Below, in pieces: positions 16,686-24,011 of a stretch of 32,000 bases of DNA (positions are counted from its first letter, which is position 1; the number at the start of each line of letters is the position of its first letter). The DNA comes from Cereibacter sphaeroides 2.4.1 (GTDB taxonomy: Bacteria > Pseudomonadota > Alphaproteobacteria > Rhodobacterales > Rhodobacteraceae), in contig NC_007494.2 in the NCBI RefSeq assembly GCF_000012905.2, positions 180,001 to 212,000 of the forward strand, written 5' to 3'. The notes under the pieces are model-generated. The model ran no database searches. It saw only the letters and a program-made list of their open reading frames with translations, and was not told the DNA's origin. The position numbers were made by a program, and so were the translations under genes.

Positions 16686-18445
16686 TCCGCTGCCTTTACC
16701 AGTGTGGTGGGTTCATCGGCCGGCAGGATCGTCTCGCCGGGCCGCACGATGGTGAAGCGCACGGGCTCGCGCGTGACGGGCAGCTCGTCGCCCGACCGGC
16801 GCACCTGCGTGAAGTAGGAGGCGTCCAGATCGCCCGCCTCGGGGTGATCCTCGCGGTAATGCGCCCCGCGCGAATTCTCGCGCGCAAGGCCCGCCGTGGC
16901 GATGGCCTCGGATATGTCCACGAGCGAGCGCATGTTCAGCCAGTCGTGCCAGGTGAGGTTGAAGGCGAGGTTCGCGCCATCGACGCCGGTCTCGGCCAGT
17001 TCCGCGCCGATGGCCGCCACCCGCGTGAGGCCGCGCTCGAGGCCCGCGCCGGTGCGCAGGACCCCCACATCCTCCCACATGGCCTCCTGCAGCGCCTCGC
17101 GCAGCACTTGCACCTGGCCCGGCCGCTTCGAGAGCGGCGCCATGGCACGGTCGATCTCGGCCGCGAGCACTGCCTCGTCCGCGGGGCGCAGATGGCGGAT
17201 CGAGGCCACCTCGGCGCCCATCACGTCGCCCGCGATGCCGCCGAAGACGGTGGAGTTGGCGACACCGTTGCCGCCCAGCCGGTTCGCGCCATGCGCGCCG
17301 CCCGCATCCTCGCCCGCGACATGCAGCCCGTCGATCTCGGTGCGGGTGTCGGGATCCACCACGACGCCGCCCATGAAGTAATGCGCGGTGGGCACCACCT
17401 CGACCAGCCCGCCGGCCAGATCGAAGCCGCAGTCGGCGCAGCGCTTGACCATGCCCTTGAAGCGGCGGCGGACATCGTCGGGGCCGAGATGGGCCATCGA
17501 GATATAGACGCCGCCGTTCTCGGAGGTGTTGCTCTTGCGCATCTCGGCATAGATGCCGCGGCTGACCACGTCGCGCGTGGCCCGCTCGCCCGCCGCATCA
17601 TGGTCATACATGAAGCGGTGGCCGTGCCCGTTCAGCAGATGCCCGCCCGCGCCGCGCAGACCTTCCTCGAGGACGGTGCCCGTCATGCGCGTGCCCGGCC
17701 CCGCGAGTAGCCCGGTCGGGTGGAACTGCACCATCTCCATGTCGCGGAGCGGCAGGCCCAGACGCAGCGCCATCGACAGCCCGTCCATCGTCTTGTCGCC
17801 CGATGGCGTGTGATACTTGTACATGGTGGGCCCGCCGCCCGTGGCCATCAGCACCTTCTTCGCCCGCACGAAGCGGAAGCGGCCCGTGCGCATGTCGATG
17901 AAGAGCACGCCCGAGATCGCCCCGCCGCCCTCGGCCGGGATGAGGCCCACGGCGCGATGCTCCTGCAGCCGCTCGATCGGACGCGCGAGCACCTGCTCCA
18001 TCAGCCGGTTGATGATCTCGATGCCGGTCAGATCGCCCTTGTGGACAGTCCGGTCGGCGGTCTGGCCCGCGAAGGCCTTGTGGTGCAGCGTGCCGTCCGG
18101 GTTGCGGTCGAAGAAACAGCCGACCTCGTTCTCCAGTTCGCGCACCCGCGTCACCGCCTCCTGGCAGAGCCGCCAGGCCATGTCCTGATCGGGCAGCCAC
18201 TTGCCGCCGTGGATCGTGTCCATGAAGTGCCGCTCGACCGTGTCGCCCGCGCCGAGCGCCACATTATAGCCGCCCTGCACCATGCGCGTGCAGCCGCATT
18301 TCCCGAGAAGCCCCTTCACCGCAATGGTGATCCGGGTGCCCGTGGGCGCGCTCTGCTGGGCGTGGAGGGCGGCAAAGAGCCCCGCGCCGCCCGAGCCCAG
18401 GATCAGGATGTCGGTCTCCTGCCGTTCCAGCCGGTCGTGCTGCAT
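16682..18445 (-). CDS. Succinate dehydrogenase/fumarate reductase-family flavoprotein subunit (SdhA/FrdA-like, divergent)
   Basis: DILILGSGGAGLFAAL is the FAD dinucleotide fold. The other motifs are MVQFHPTG, EEGLRGAGGHLLN, PTAHYFMGG, GLHVAGEDAGGAHGANRLGGN and ENSRGAHYRED. The dicarboxylate-site His/Arg set is retained. The covalent-FAD His position aligns with Cys (see findings). Confidence 0.9.
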   Translation of the reverse strand: MQHDRLERQETDILILGSGGAGLFAALHAQQSAPTGTRITIAVKGLLGKCGCTRMVQGGYNVALGAGDTVERHFMDTIHGGKWLPDQDMAWRLCQEAVTRVRELENEVGCFFDRNPDGTLHHKAFAGQTADRTVHKGDLTGIEIINRLMEQVLARPIERLQEHRAVGLIPAEGGGAISGVLFIDMRTGRFRFVRAKKVLMATGGGPTMYKYHTPSGDKTMDGLSMALRLGLPLRDMEMVQFHPTGLLAGPGTRMTGTVLEEGLRGAGGHLLNGHGHRFMYDHDAAGERATRDVVSRGIYAEMRKSNTSENGGVYISMAHLGPDDVRRRFKGMVKRCADCGFDLAGGLVEVVPTAHYFMGGVVVDPDTRTEIDGLHVAGEDAGGAHGANRLGGNGVANSTVFGGIAGDVMGAEVASIRHLRPADEAVLAAEIDRAMAPLSKRPGQVQVLREALQEAMWEDVGVLRTGAGLERGLTRVAAIGAELAETGVDGANLAFNLTWHDWLNMRSLVDISEAIATAGLARENSRGAHYREDHPEAGDLDASYFTQVRRSGDELPVTREPVRFTIVRPGETILPADEPTTLVKAAE

Positions 18446-18446
18446 G

Positions 18447-18791
18447 TCAGATCGCCCTCAGAAGGAAGGTCGCGGCCACGAGGAAGGCGCCGGCGACGGT
18501 GGCGGCGGCCAGCGTCTTCTGCCGCCCGCTCCAGGGCAGCATCTCGAGCGCGAGAAGCCGGAGGCCGCCGAAGAAATGGGCGGCGAGGAGGAAGACGAGG
18601 CCGAACTCGGCCATCTTCACCAGGGGGTTCTGGGTCCAGAGTCCGAAGCTGTCGAACCCCTCGGGGTCGGTCAGCACCATGGCCAGCATGTAGAAATGCA
18701 CGGGCAGGAACAGCGCGAGGCCGAGCCCCGAGAGGCGGTGGACGAGATAGGCGAGCCACAGAGGGTGCGAGCGGTGGGCGAGCGAGATCAT
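18447..18791 (-). CDS. SDH/FRD-like hydrophobic membrane anchor subunit (SdhD/FrdD-like, 114 aa)
   Basis: This is the C-terminal 114 codons of track ORF 18447..19676: MISLAHRSHPLWLAYLVHRLSGLGLALFLPVHFYMLAMV...LVFLLAAHFFGGLRLL...AATVAGAFLVAATFLL, with three hydrophobic helices. The ATG at 18791 overlaps the upstream stop by 4 nt. The remainder of the track ORF overlaps sdhB/sdhC-like genes out of frame. Confidence 0.75.
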   Translation of the reverse strand: MISLAHRSHPLWLAYLVHRLSGLGLALFLPVHFYMLAMVLTDPEGFDSFGLWTQNPLVKMAEFGLVFLLAAHFFGGLRLLALEMLPWSGRQKTLAAATVAGAFLVAATFLLRAI

Positions 18792-19123
18792 GCGAGCGTC
18801 ACCGCATGAAGGGCGCGCAGGCCGAGGATCAGGAAGACCGCACCCACCGCGAGGGTGAAGAGGTCGAGGAGCGGGCGGTTGCGGAGCGTCAGCGTCTCGG
18901 CGAGGATCACCCGCAGCCCGATGGCCGCATGGATCGCCGCCGCCACGAGGAAAAGGCCGTAATAGAGCGCCCAGCCGAGGCTGCCCTGCGTCCGCGCAAG
19001 GATCTCGCCCGCGCTGATCCCGCCCTGCACCGCGTAGATCATCAGCGCCAGATGGCCCAGCACGAGGGGCGCCATCACCAGCGCCGAGAGCCGTTGCAGC
19101 ATGTAGAGTCGCAGATCGAGCAT
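18788..19123 (-). CDS. SDH/FRD-like hydrophobic membrane anchor subunit (SdhC/FrdC-like, 111 aa)
   Basis: MLDLRLYMLQRLSALVMAPLVLGHLALMIY...ALYYGLFLVAAAIHAAIGLRVIL...LFTLAVGAVFLILGL has three hydrophobic helices with candidate His ligands. It sits 3 nt after the Fe-S subunit stop. Confidence 0.75.
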   Translation of the reverse strand: MLDLRLYMLQRLSALVMAPLVLGHLALMIYAVQGGISAGEILARTQGSLGWALYYGLFLVAAAIHAAIGLRVILAETLTLRNRPLLDLFTLAVGAVFLILGLRALHAVTLA

Positions 19124-19126
19124 GGG

Positions 19127-19855
19127 TCAGCGTCCTTTGCGCCAGAAACTGCGGGCCGTCTCGCGCTTGAGGCCCGCGATGGAATCGAGCGGCGAAAGCT
19201 CGTTCGGGCAGTGGCGCGTGCAGCTTCCCTGGCTGTGGCAGTTGTGGCAGCCGCCCGAGACCGAGACGGCCGCCAGCACCTCGGCCCGGCCCGCGTCGCG
19301 CTCGTCGTTCACCACGCTCCAGGCGCGGTTGAGGGCGGCGGGCCCGAGATAATCCGGGTTGCCCGCCACGGTGTCGCAGGCGGCATAGCAGACCGAGCAG
19401 TTGATGCATTCGATGGCCCGGTCGGCGGTGCGCCGCGCCTCGGAAGCGGGATCGACCCGCGCCACTTCCTCGTGGCGCGTGCGGGCGGGGTGGAAGAGCC
19501 CTTCGGCCTTGACCCATTTCTCGAAGAACGGGTCCATGTCGGCCGCGAGATCCTTGATGACCGGCAGGTTGCGCAGCGGCCCGATGGTGAGCGCACCGCC
19601 CTGATCGACCTTGTTCACATGGGTCCGGCAGGTCCAGCGCGGCACCCCGTTCACCATCATGGCGCAGGAGCCGCACATGCCGACCCGGCAGGCATAGCGG
19701 TAGGTCAGCGTCGGATCGAGGTTCTGCTGGATCCAGGACACCACGTCGAGCACGGTCTGGCTGCCCTGCCGCGGCACCTCGAAGCCTTGGAACGCCCCGG
19801 TCGTGCCGGTCCCGCGCCAGATCGAGACGGACAGGGTCTGAGGGCCGTCAAGCAT
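19127..19855 (-). CDS. SDH/FRD-family iron-sulfur subunit (SdhB/FrdB-like)
   Basis: CRVGMCGSCAMMVNGVPRWTC is the 2Fe-2S motif, CINCSVCYAAC the 4Fe-4S motif and CHSQGSCTRHCP the 3Fe-4S-type CxxxxxCxxxCP motif. I chose the ATG at 19855, which has GGAGG 6 nt upstream. The track start at 19900 is a TTG inside the AT-rich promoter patch. Confidence 0.88.
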   Translation of the reverse strand: MLDGPQTLSVSIWRGTGTTGAFQGFEVPRQGSQTVLDVVSWIQQNLDPTLTYRYACRVGMCGSCAMMVNGVPRWTCRTHVNKVDQGGALTIGPLRNLPVIKDLAADMDPFFEKWVKAEGLFHPARTRHEEVARVDPASEARRTADRAIECINCSVCYAACDTVAGNPDYLGPAALNRAWSVVNDERDAGRAEVLAAVSVSGGCHNCHSQGSCTRHCPNELSPLDSIAGLKRETARSFWRKGR

Positions 19856-19921
19856 CGCTTTCCTCCGCGCTTTCGTCTTCCCCAGCTTATTGAAAGACAA
19901 ACTGAAGAAAAAACGAGAAAT

Positions 19922-19944
19922 TCTGACGGTTATAGAAAGTCAGA
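19922..19944. promoter_or_regulatory. Perfect interrupted dyad TCTGAC-N11-GTCAGA in the AT-rich island upstream of the sdhB-like gene (candidate operator)
   Basis: The half-sites are tctgac (19922-19927) and gtcaga (19939-19944), with an 11-nt AT-rich spacer ggttatagaaa. The dyad lies 67-89 nt upstream of the chosen start codon, inside a low-GC patch (about 19880-19960). Confidence 0.45.
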
Positions 19945-19979
19945 CTTACAGAAGATCCGAGGGGGTGCTTTGAAACGCA

Positions 19980-20005
19980 CATCGGCCCCCGAACGGGGGC
20001 CGATG
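19980..20005 (-). terminator. Hairpin terminator downstream of the ABC importer genes
   Basis: catcggccccc-gaac-gggggccgatg gives an 11-bp perfect stem. On the minus-strand transcript it is followed by tgcgtttc, a short U-tract. It lies 128 nt past the stop of the distal binding-protein gene. Confidence 0.6.
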
Positions 20006-20132
20006 GCGGATGAAGGTGCCCCGAGCCGGAGGGAGCGCTCCTGACCGCAGGAAGGGGCTGGAAGGCCGTGTTCTTCGGGTGGGCGATCTCTTTCGGGCGG
20101 GTGCCGCGTCAGGTTTGACGGGCAGGGCGAGC

Positions 20133-21125
20133 CTATTCGAAGAACATCGCCTCCCACGGCTGGCCGTTGTCCTTCACCGTCCCGATCCGGCGCATGAAGT
20201 CGAGATACTTGTCGATGCCCGAAGGCTCGACGGTATAGTCGACCTGAGGATCCGCGAGGATCGAGGCCAGAAGCTCGGGGTCCGTCGCATTGCCCGCCTG
20301 ACGGAGGTAGACCTGCACCGCCTCGGCCGGATCCTCGTTCACCACCTCGACCGCCTGAGCCAGCGCGCGGCGGAAGATGTCGAAGAGCTTCGGATTGTCG
20401 TCATGGAAGGCCTTGGTCGTCCAGACGACGTTGAAGGTCACGGGCCCGCCCATCACGTCGAACGAGTTCAGCACCGTATGGACGCCCGGCTCGCGCAGCG
20501 CCATGTCCTGCGCGGGCGACGCGGTGAAATGGGCCGTCACCTCCTGCCTGGCGAGGAGCGCCGCGAGCCCGTCGGGATGGGACATCGAGACGGTCAGCGG
20601 GTCGAGCTTGCCGTAATTCTCGTCGCCCCAGATCTTCGCCGCCGCCATCTGCAGCACCATCGCCTGCACCGACACCTTGACCGAGGGCAGGGCGATCTTG
20701 TCGCCCGGCTTGAAATCCTCGATCGAGCGGATGTCCTCGCGGTTGACGTTCATCAGGAGCGGCATCGAGTTCATCGCCGCCACGCCCTTCACCTCGTTCG
20801 AGGTTCCGGCCGTCTTCGACCAGAGCAGGATCAGCGGCGGCACGCCGCCCGCGGCGAACTGGATCGTGTTCGACAGAAGCGCGTCGTTCATGTTCGAGCC
20901 GCCGGCGAAGGTGGCGTAATTCACCTTCACCTCGCCCAGCCCCTCGGCCTCGGCCATCGTCTCGATCAGCCGCCGCTCCTGCATGATCATCAGCGGCAGG
21001 TGCCCGATGCTCGGCTGGCGCGCGATGGTGATCTCGGACATTTCGGCGAGGGCCGGGGCGGCCGGCAGGGCAAGCCCCGCCGCGAGCGCGAGGGCGGCCA
21101 GTCCGGTGCGCAGATCCATGGTCAT
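20133..21125 (-). CDS. ABC transporter periplasmic substrate-binding protein, NitT/TauT (NMT1/SsuA/TauA-like) family, copy 1
   Basis: This is the C-terminal 330 codons of track ORF 20133..22106. MTMDLRTGLAALALAAGLALPAAPALA is the signal peptide, followed by EITIARQPSIGHLPLMIM...GDKIALPSVKVSVQAMVLQM. AGGAGGG lies 6 nt upstream of the ATG at 21125, and there is a 1-nt overlap with the upstream stop. Confidence 0.85.
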   Translation of the reverse strand: MTMDLRTGLAALALAAGLALPAAPALAEMSEITIARQPSIGHLPLMIMQERRLIETMAEAEGLGEVKVNYATFAGGSNMNDALLSNTIQFAAGGVPPLILLWSKTAGTSNEVKGVAAMNSMPLLMNVNREDIRSIEDFKPGDKIALPSVKVSVQAMVLQMAAAKIWGDENYGKLDPLTVSMSHPDGLAALLARQEVTAHFTASPAQDMALREPGVHTVLNSFDVMGGPVTFNVVWTTKAFHDDNPKLFDIFRRALAQAVEVVNEDPAEAVQVYLRQAGNATDPELLASILADPQVDYTVEPSGIDKYLDFMRRIGTVKDNGQPWEAMFFE

Positions 21126-22132
21126 CAGCTTCCCTCCTTGCCCGACATCGTGTCGAAGAAGATCTCGCTCCAGTCCTCGGCCGAGGTCTTGATGAGGCCG
21201 GACTCGCTCAGGAACTCGACGTAGGGCAGGGTCCGCTCCGGCGTGGTGGTCCAGACGGTCTGCTCGTCCCGGATCAGCGCCACGACCTCTTCCCGGCTCA
21301 GAGGGCTGCGCTCGGCCGCCATCCAGATCTCGGCCGCCTTCTCGGGGTTGGTGCTGATCAGCTCCATGCTCTCCTCGAGCGCCGCCATGAAGGCCTTGGT
21401 GATCTCGGGGTTCTCGGAGATGAACTTGTCGGCCGCCCAGACGACGGTGAAGGTGTGTGAGCCGCCGAGCACGTCGTAGCTGTCGAGCACCTTGTGGATG
21501 CCCTCGACCTTGGCCTCGAGGTTCTGGAACGGCGGCGAGCCGAAATGCGCCGTCACTTCGGACTGCCCGCCGGTCAGCGCGAGCTGCGCGTCGGGATGGC
21601 CCATCGAAACGGTGAAGGCATCCATCGCGGTGGCCTTGTCCGGTCCGAAGGCCTGTTTGGAGGCCATCTGCAGCGTCACGGCCTGGATCGAGGTCTTGAC
21701 GGCGGGCAGGGCGATCTTGTCGCCCTGGCTGAAGTCGGCCAGCGACTTCACCTCGGGGTTCGAGGTCATCAGATGCAGCGGCATCGAGGCCAGCGCCGCC
21801 ACGCCCTTGATCTTCAGGTTCTCGCGCGTGCGGGCCCAGATGGTGAAGAGCGGCCCCGTGCCGCCCGCCGCCAGATCGAGGTTGCCCGACAGCAGCGCCT
21901 CGTTCATCCCCGAGCCGCCGGTGAAGCGCAGCCATTCGGTCGTGATCTCGTGGCCCGAGGCGGCCGCGTGCTTCTCGAGCAGGTCCAGCTCCTCGACCAG
22001 CGTGAGCGGCAGGTAACCGATGCCGAACTGCTTGGCCAAGCGCACCGTCGAGACCTCGGCCAGCGCGGGCCAGGCCGTCGAGGCGAGCAGAAGCGCCGCC
22101 GCCCAAGGCGTCAGTGTCTTGTGGATCTTCAT
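21125..22132 (-). CDS. ABC transporter periplasmic substrate-binding protein, NitT/TauT family, copy 2 (paralogue)
   Basis: MKIHKTLTPWAAALLLASTAWPALA is the signal peptide, followed by VRLAKQFGIGYLPLTLV...GDKIALPAVKTSIQAVTLQM...EVTAHFGSPPF. It is collinear with copy 1 along its full length at modest identity. GGGAGGA lies 6 nt upstream of the ATG. Confidence 0.9.
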   Translation of the reverse strand: MKIHKTLTPWAAALLLASTAWPALAEVSTVRLAKQFGIGYLPLTLVEELDLLEKHAAASGHEITTEWLRFTGGSGMNEALLSGNLDLAAGGTGPLFTIWARTRENLKIKGVAALASMPLHLMTSNPEVKSLADFSQGDKIALPAVKTSIQAVTLQMASKQAFGPDKATAMDAFTVSMGHPDAQLALTGGQSEVTAHFGSPPFQNLEAKVEGIHKVLDSYDVLGGSHTFTVVWAADKFISENPEITKAFMAALEESMELISTNPEKAAEIWMAAERSPLSREEVVALIRDEQTVWTTTPERTLPYVEFLSESGLIKTSAEDWSEIFFDTMSGKEGS

Positions 22133-22280
22133 GGATGGTCCTCCCTGTGCCGCCGTTTCGCGGCTTTGCTGGCCGGGCCCGGCCCTGCGGCCGGTCCCTT
22201 GCGCGCGCGCCGTCCCTGCGGGCCTGCGGATGCGGCCGTGGCAGGGACGGGTGCCGGGGCCTCCCCGCCCCGGCGCCCTG
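22133..22280 (-). other. Structured GC-rich intercistronic spacer between the permease and binding-protein genes
   Basis: There are two clear stem-loops: cggggc/gccccg (22255-22272) and ccgtccctgc/gcagggacgg (22210-22250, with a 21-nt partly self-pairing loop). There is also the palindrome ccgggcccgg (22173-22182). All other junctions in this operon are 50 nt or shorter. Confidence 0.45.
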
Positions 22281-23192
22281 TCAGTGCTGCACCCCCCAGC
22301 GCTGGATCGTGCGCTTCTCGATAGTGGCGAAGATCAGGTTCTCGACCACGAGGCCGATGATGATGACCGTGAGAAGGCCGGCGAAGACGTTCGAGATCTC
22401 GAGCAGGTTCTTGTTCTCGAAGATGAACCAGCCGAGACCGCCCGAGCCCGAACTCACGCCGAAGACGAGCTCGGCCGCGATCAGCGTCCGCCAGGCGAAG
22501 GCCCAGCCGATCTTGAGGCCGGTCAGGATGCTCGGGAAGGCCGCCGGGATCAGGATCTTGGTGATGAAGCCCCATCCCTTCAGCCCGTAGTTGCGCCCCA
22601 CCATCTTCAGGGTCCGGCTCACGCCGAGGAAGCCCGAATGGGTGTTGAGCGCGATGGCCCAGGTCACCGAATGGACCAGCACGAAGACGAGGCTCATGTT
22701 GCCCAGCCCGAACCAGATCAGCGCCAGCGGCAGAAGGGCGATGGCGGGCAGGGGGTTGAACATCGAGGTCATGATCTCGAGGAAGTCCCGCCCGATCCGC
22801 GAGGCGATGGCCAGCGCCGTCAGCACCGCGGCCAGCAGGATCCCCACCGCATAGCCCGTCACCAGCACCTTGAGCGAGGCGAGCGCCCGCATCAGCAGTC
22901 CGCCGTTCAGCACGCTGTCCCAGAGCGCCGCGATGGTCTGCGAGAAGGAGGGGAACAGCAGGTCGTTGTTCAGCGTGCGCCCGTAGATCTCCCAGGCGAG
23001 GGCGAGGACGACGAGGATCAGCCCCTTGCGCAGCACCGGCACGTTGTAGAGCGCCTCGGCCCAGGTCAGCCGCGCCTGAATGACGCTGATCTCGTCCTCC
23101 GAGGTGGGGGCGCGGTCGTCGTGGTAGATCTCGGCCCGGACGGGCGTGGCGGGGCCCGCGTCGCGCGGCATGGTCGCGGTCATATTAAGCAT
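22281..23192 (-). CDS. ABC transporter permease (TauC/SsuC-like, binding-protein-dependent transport family)
   Basis: A polytopic membrane protein (LILVVLALAWEIY..., ALASLKVLVTGYAVGILLAAVL, IAAELVF...). GAGGAGGAGG lies 6 nt upstream of the first ATG, and there is an 8-nt overlap with the ATPase gene. Confidence 0.88.
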   Translation of the reverse strand: MLNMTATMPRDAGPATPVRAEIYHDDRAPTSEDEISVIQARLTWAEALYNVPVLRKGLILVVLALAWEIYGRTLNNDLLFPSFSQTIAALWDSVLNGGLLMRALASLKVLVTGYAVGILLAAVLTALAIASRIGRDFLEIMTSMFNPLPAIALLPLALIWFGLGNMSLVFVLVHSVTWAIALNTHSGFLGVSRTLKMVGRNYGLKGWGFITKILIPAAFPSILTGLKIGWAFAWRTLIAAELVFGVSSGSGGLGWFIFENKNLLEISNVFAGLLTVIIIGLVVENLIFATIEKRTIQRWGVQH

Positions 23193-23961
23193 GCTCGGCC
23201 TCCTCCTCGTCCGGCTCGTTCACGAACAGCATCTCGTGGATGCGCTTCTCCAGCCGCGCCGCCTCGATGGGGTCGGTGGTGCTGTTGATCTCGGCCTTCA
23301 CCCGGCCGGGGTGGGGCGAGAGCAGCAGGATGCGGTTGCCGATCTTGATCGCCTCGGCGATCGAGTGGGTGACGAAGAGGACGGTGAAATGCGTCTCCTC
23401 CCAGAGGGCCAGCAGCTCGTCCTGCATCCGCCGCCGTGTGAGCGCATCGAGGGCGGCGAAGGGCTCGTCCATCAGCAGGATGTCGGGCTCCATCGCCATG
23501 CCGCGCGCGATGGCCACGCGCTGCTTCATGCCGCCCGACAGCATGTGGGGATGGCTGTTGGCGAATTTCTCGAGGCCGACCTTGCAGACGTAATGCATCG
23601 CCCGCTCTTCGGCCTCGGCACGCGAGAGCCGTTTCGCGGTCTGAAGCGCGAAGGCCACGTTCTGCTTCACCGTCTTCCACGGCAGAAGCTGGTCGAACTC
23701 CTGAAACACCATCATCCGGTCGGGGCCGGGCTCCTTGACCTTCTGGCCCTTCAGCCGGATCTCGCCCTCGCAGGGCGTGATATAGCCGCCCACCGCCTTC
23801 TGCAGCGTGGACTTGCCGCAGCCCGACGGCCCGAGAAGGATGAAGCGATCCCCCTGATGCACGTCGAAATCGACCCGATAGGTGGCCGTGATCAGATGCT
23901 GAGGGGTCTTGTACTGGATCGTGACCCCCCGGACCGACAGCAAGGGCTCGCTGTGTGTCAT
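23185..23961 (-). CDS. ABC transporter ATP-binding protein (TauB/SsuB/NrtD-like)
   Basis: This is the C-terminal 258 codons of track ORF 23185..24501, starting MTHSEPLLSVRGVTIQY. Motifs: Walker A GPSGCGKST, MVFQEFDQLLPWKTV, signature LSGGMKQRV and Walker B ILLMDEPF. GGAGGAAAC immediately precedes the ATG at 23961. Confidence 0.92.
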   Translation of the reverse strand: MTHSEPLLSVRGVTIQYKTPQHLITATYRVDFDVHQGDRFILLGPSGCGKSTLQKAVGGYITPCEGEIRLKGQKVKEPGPDRMMVFQEFDQLLPWKTVKQNVAFALQTAKRLSRAEAEERAMHYVCKVGLEKFANSHPHMLSGGMKQRVAIARGMAMEPDILLMDEPFAALDALTRRRMQDELLALWEETHFTVLFVTHSIAEAIKIGNRILLLSPHPGRVKAEINSTTDPIEAARLEKRIHEMLFVNEPDEEEAEHA

Positions 23962-24011
23962 GTTTCCTCCCGTTTGCTCGGCCGGCGCGCCGAAGCGCGC
24001 ACCCCTGGCCA

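Noticed and set aside
19127-19855. Extra Cys in GGCHNCHSQGSCTRHCP as evidence for a 4Fe-4S in place of the 3Fe-4S cluster
   Set aside because: CHSQGSCTRHCP aligns exactly with the canonical 3Fe-4S motif CxxxxxCxxxCP. The extra Cys is 3 residues upstream, not at the position that converts the cluster type.
19856-19900. TTG start at 19900 for the SdhB-like gene
   Set aside because: It lies in the AT-rich promoter patch, has no SD, and adds a Lys/Arg-rich 15-aa tail. The ATG at 19855 has GGAGG at ideal spacing.
17720-20044. 774-aa plus-strand ORF
   Set aside because: It is antisense to the SdhA/D/C/B-like genes, runs across four gene boundaries and into the AT-rich promoter, and has an Arg/Gly/His-dominated composition with no motifs.
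21126-22106. N-terminal 327-codon extension of track ORF 20133..22106 (657 aa)
   Set aside because: The extension overlaps the second binding-protein gene out of frame and is R/G/D-rich. The real start is the ATG at 21125, which has a strong AGGAGGG and is followed immediately by a signal peptide.
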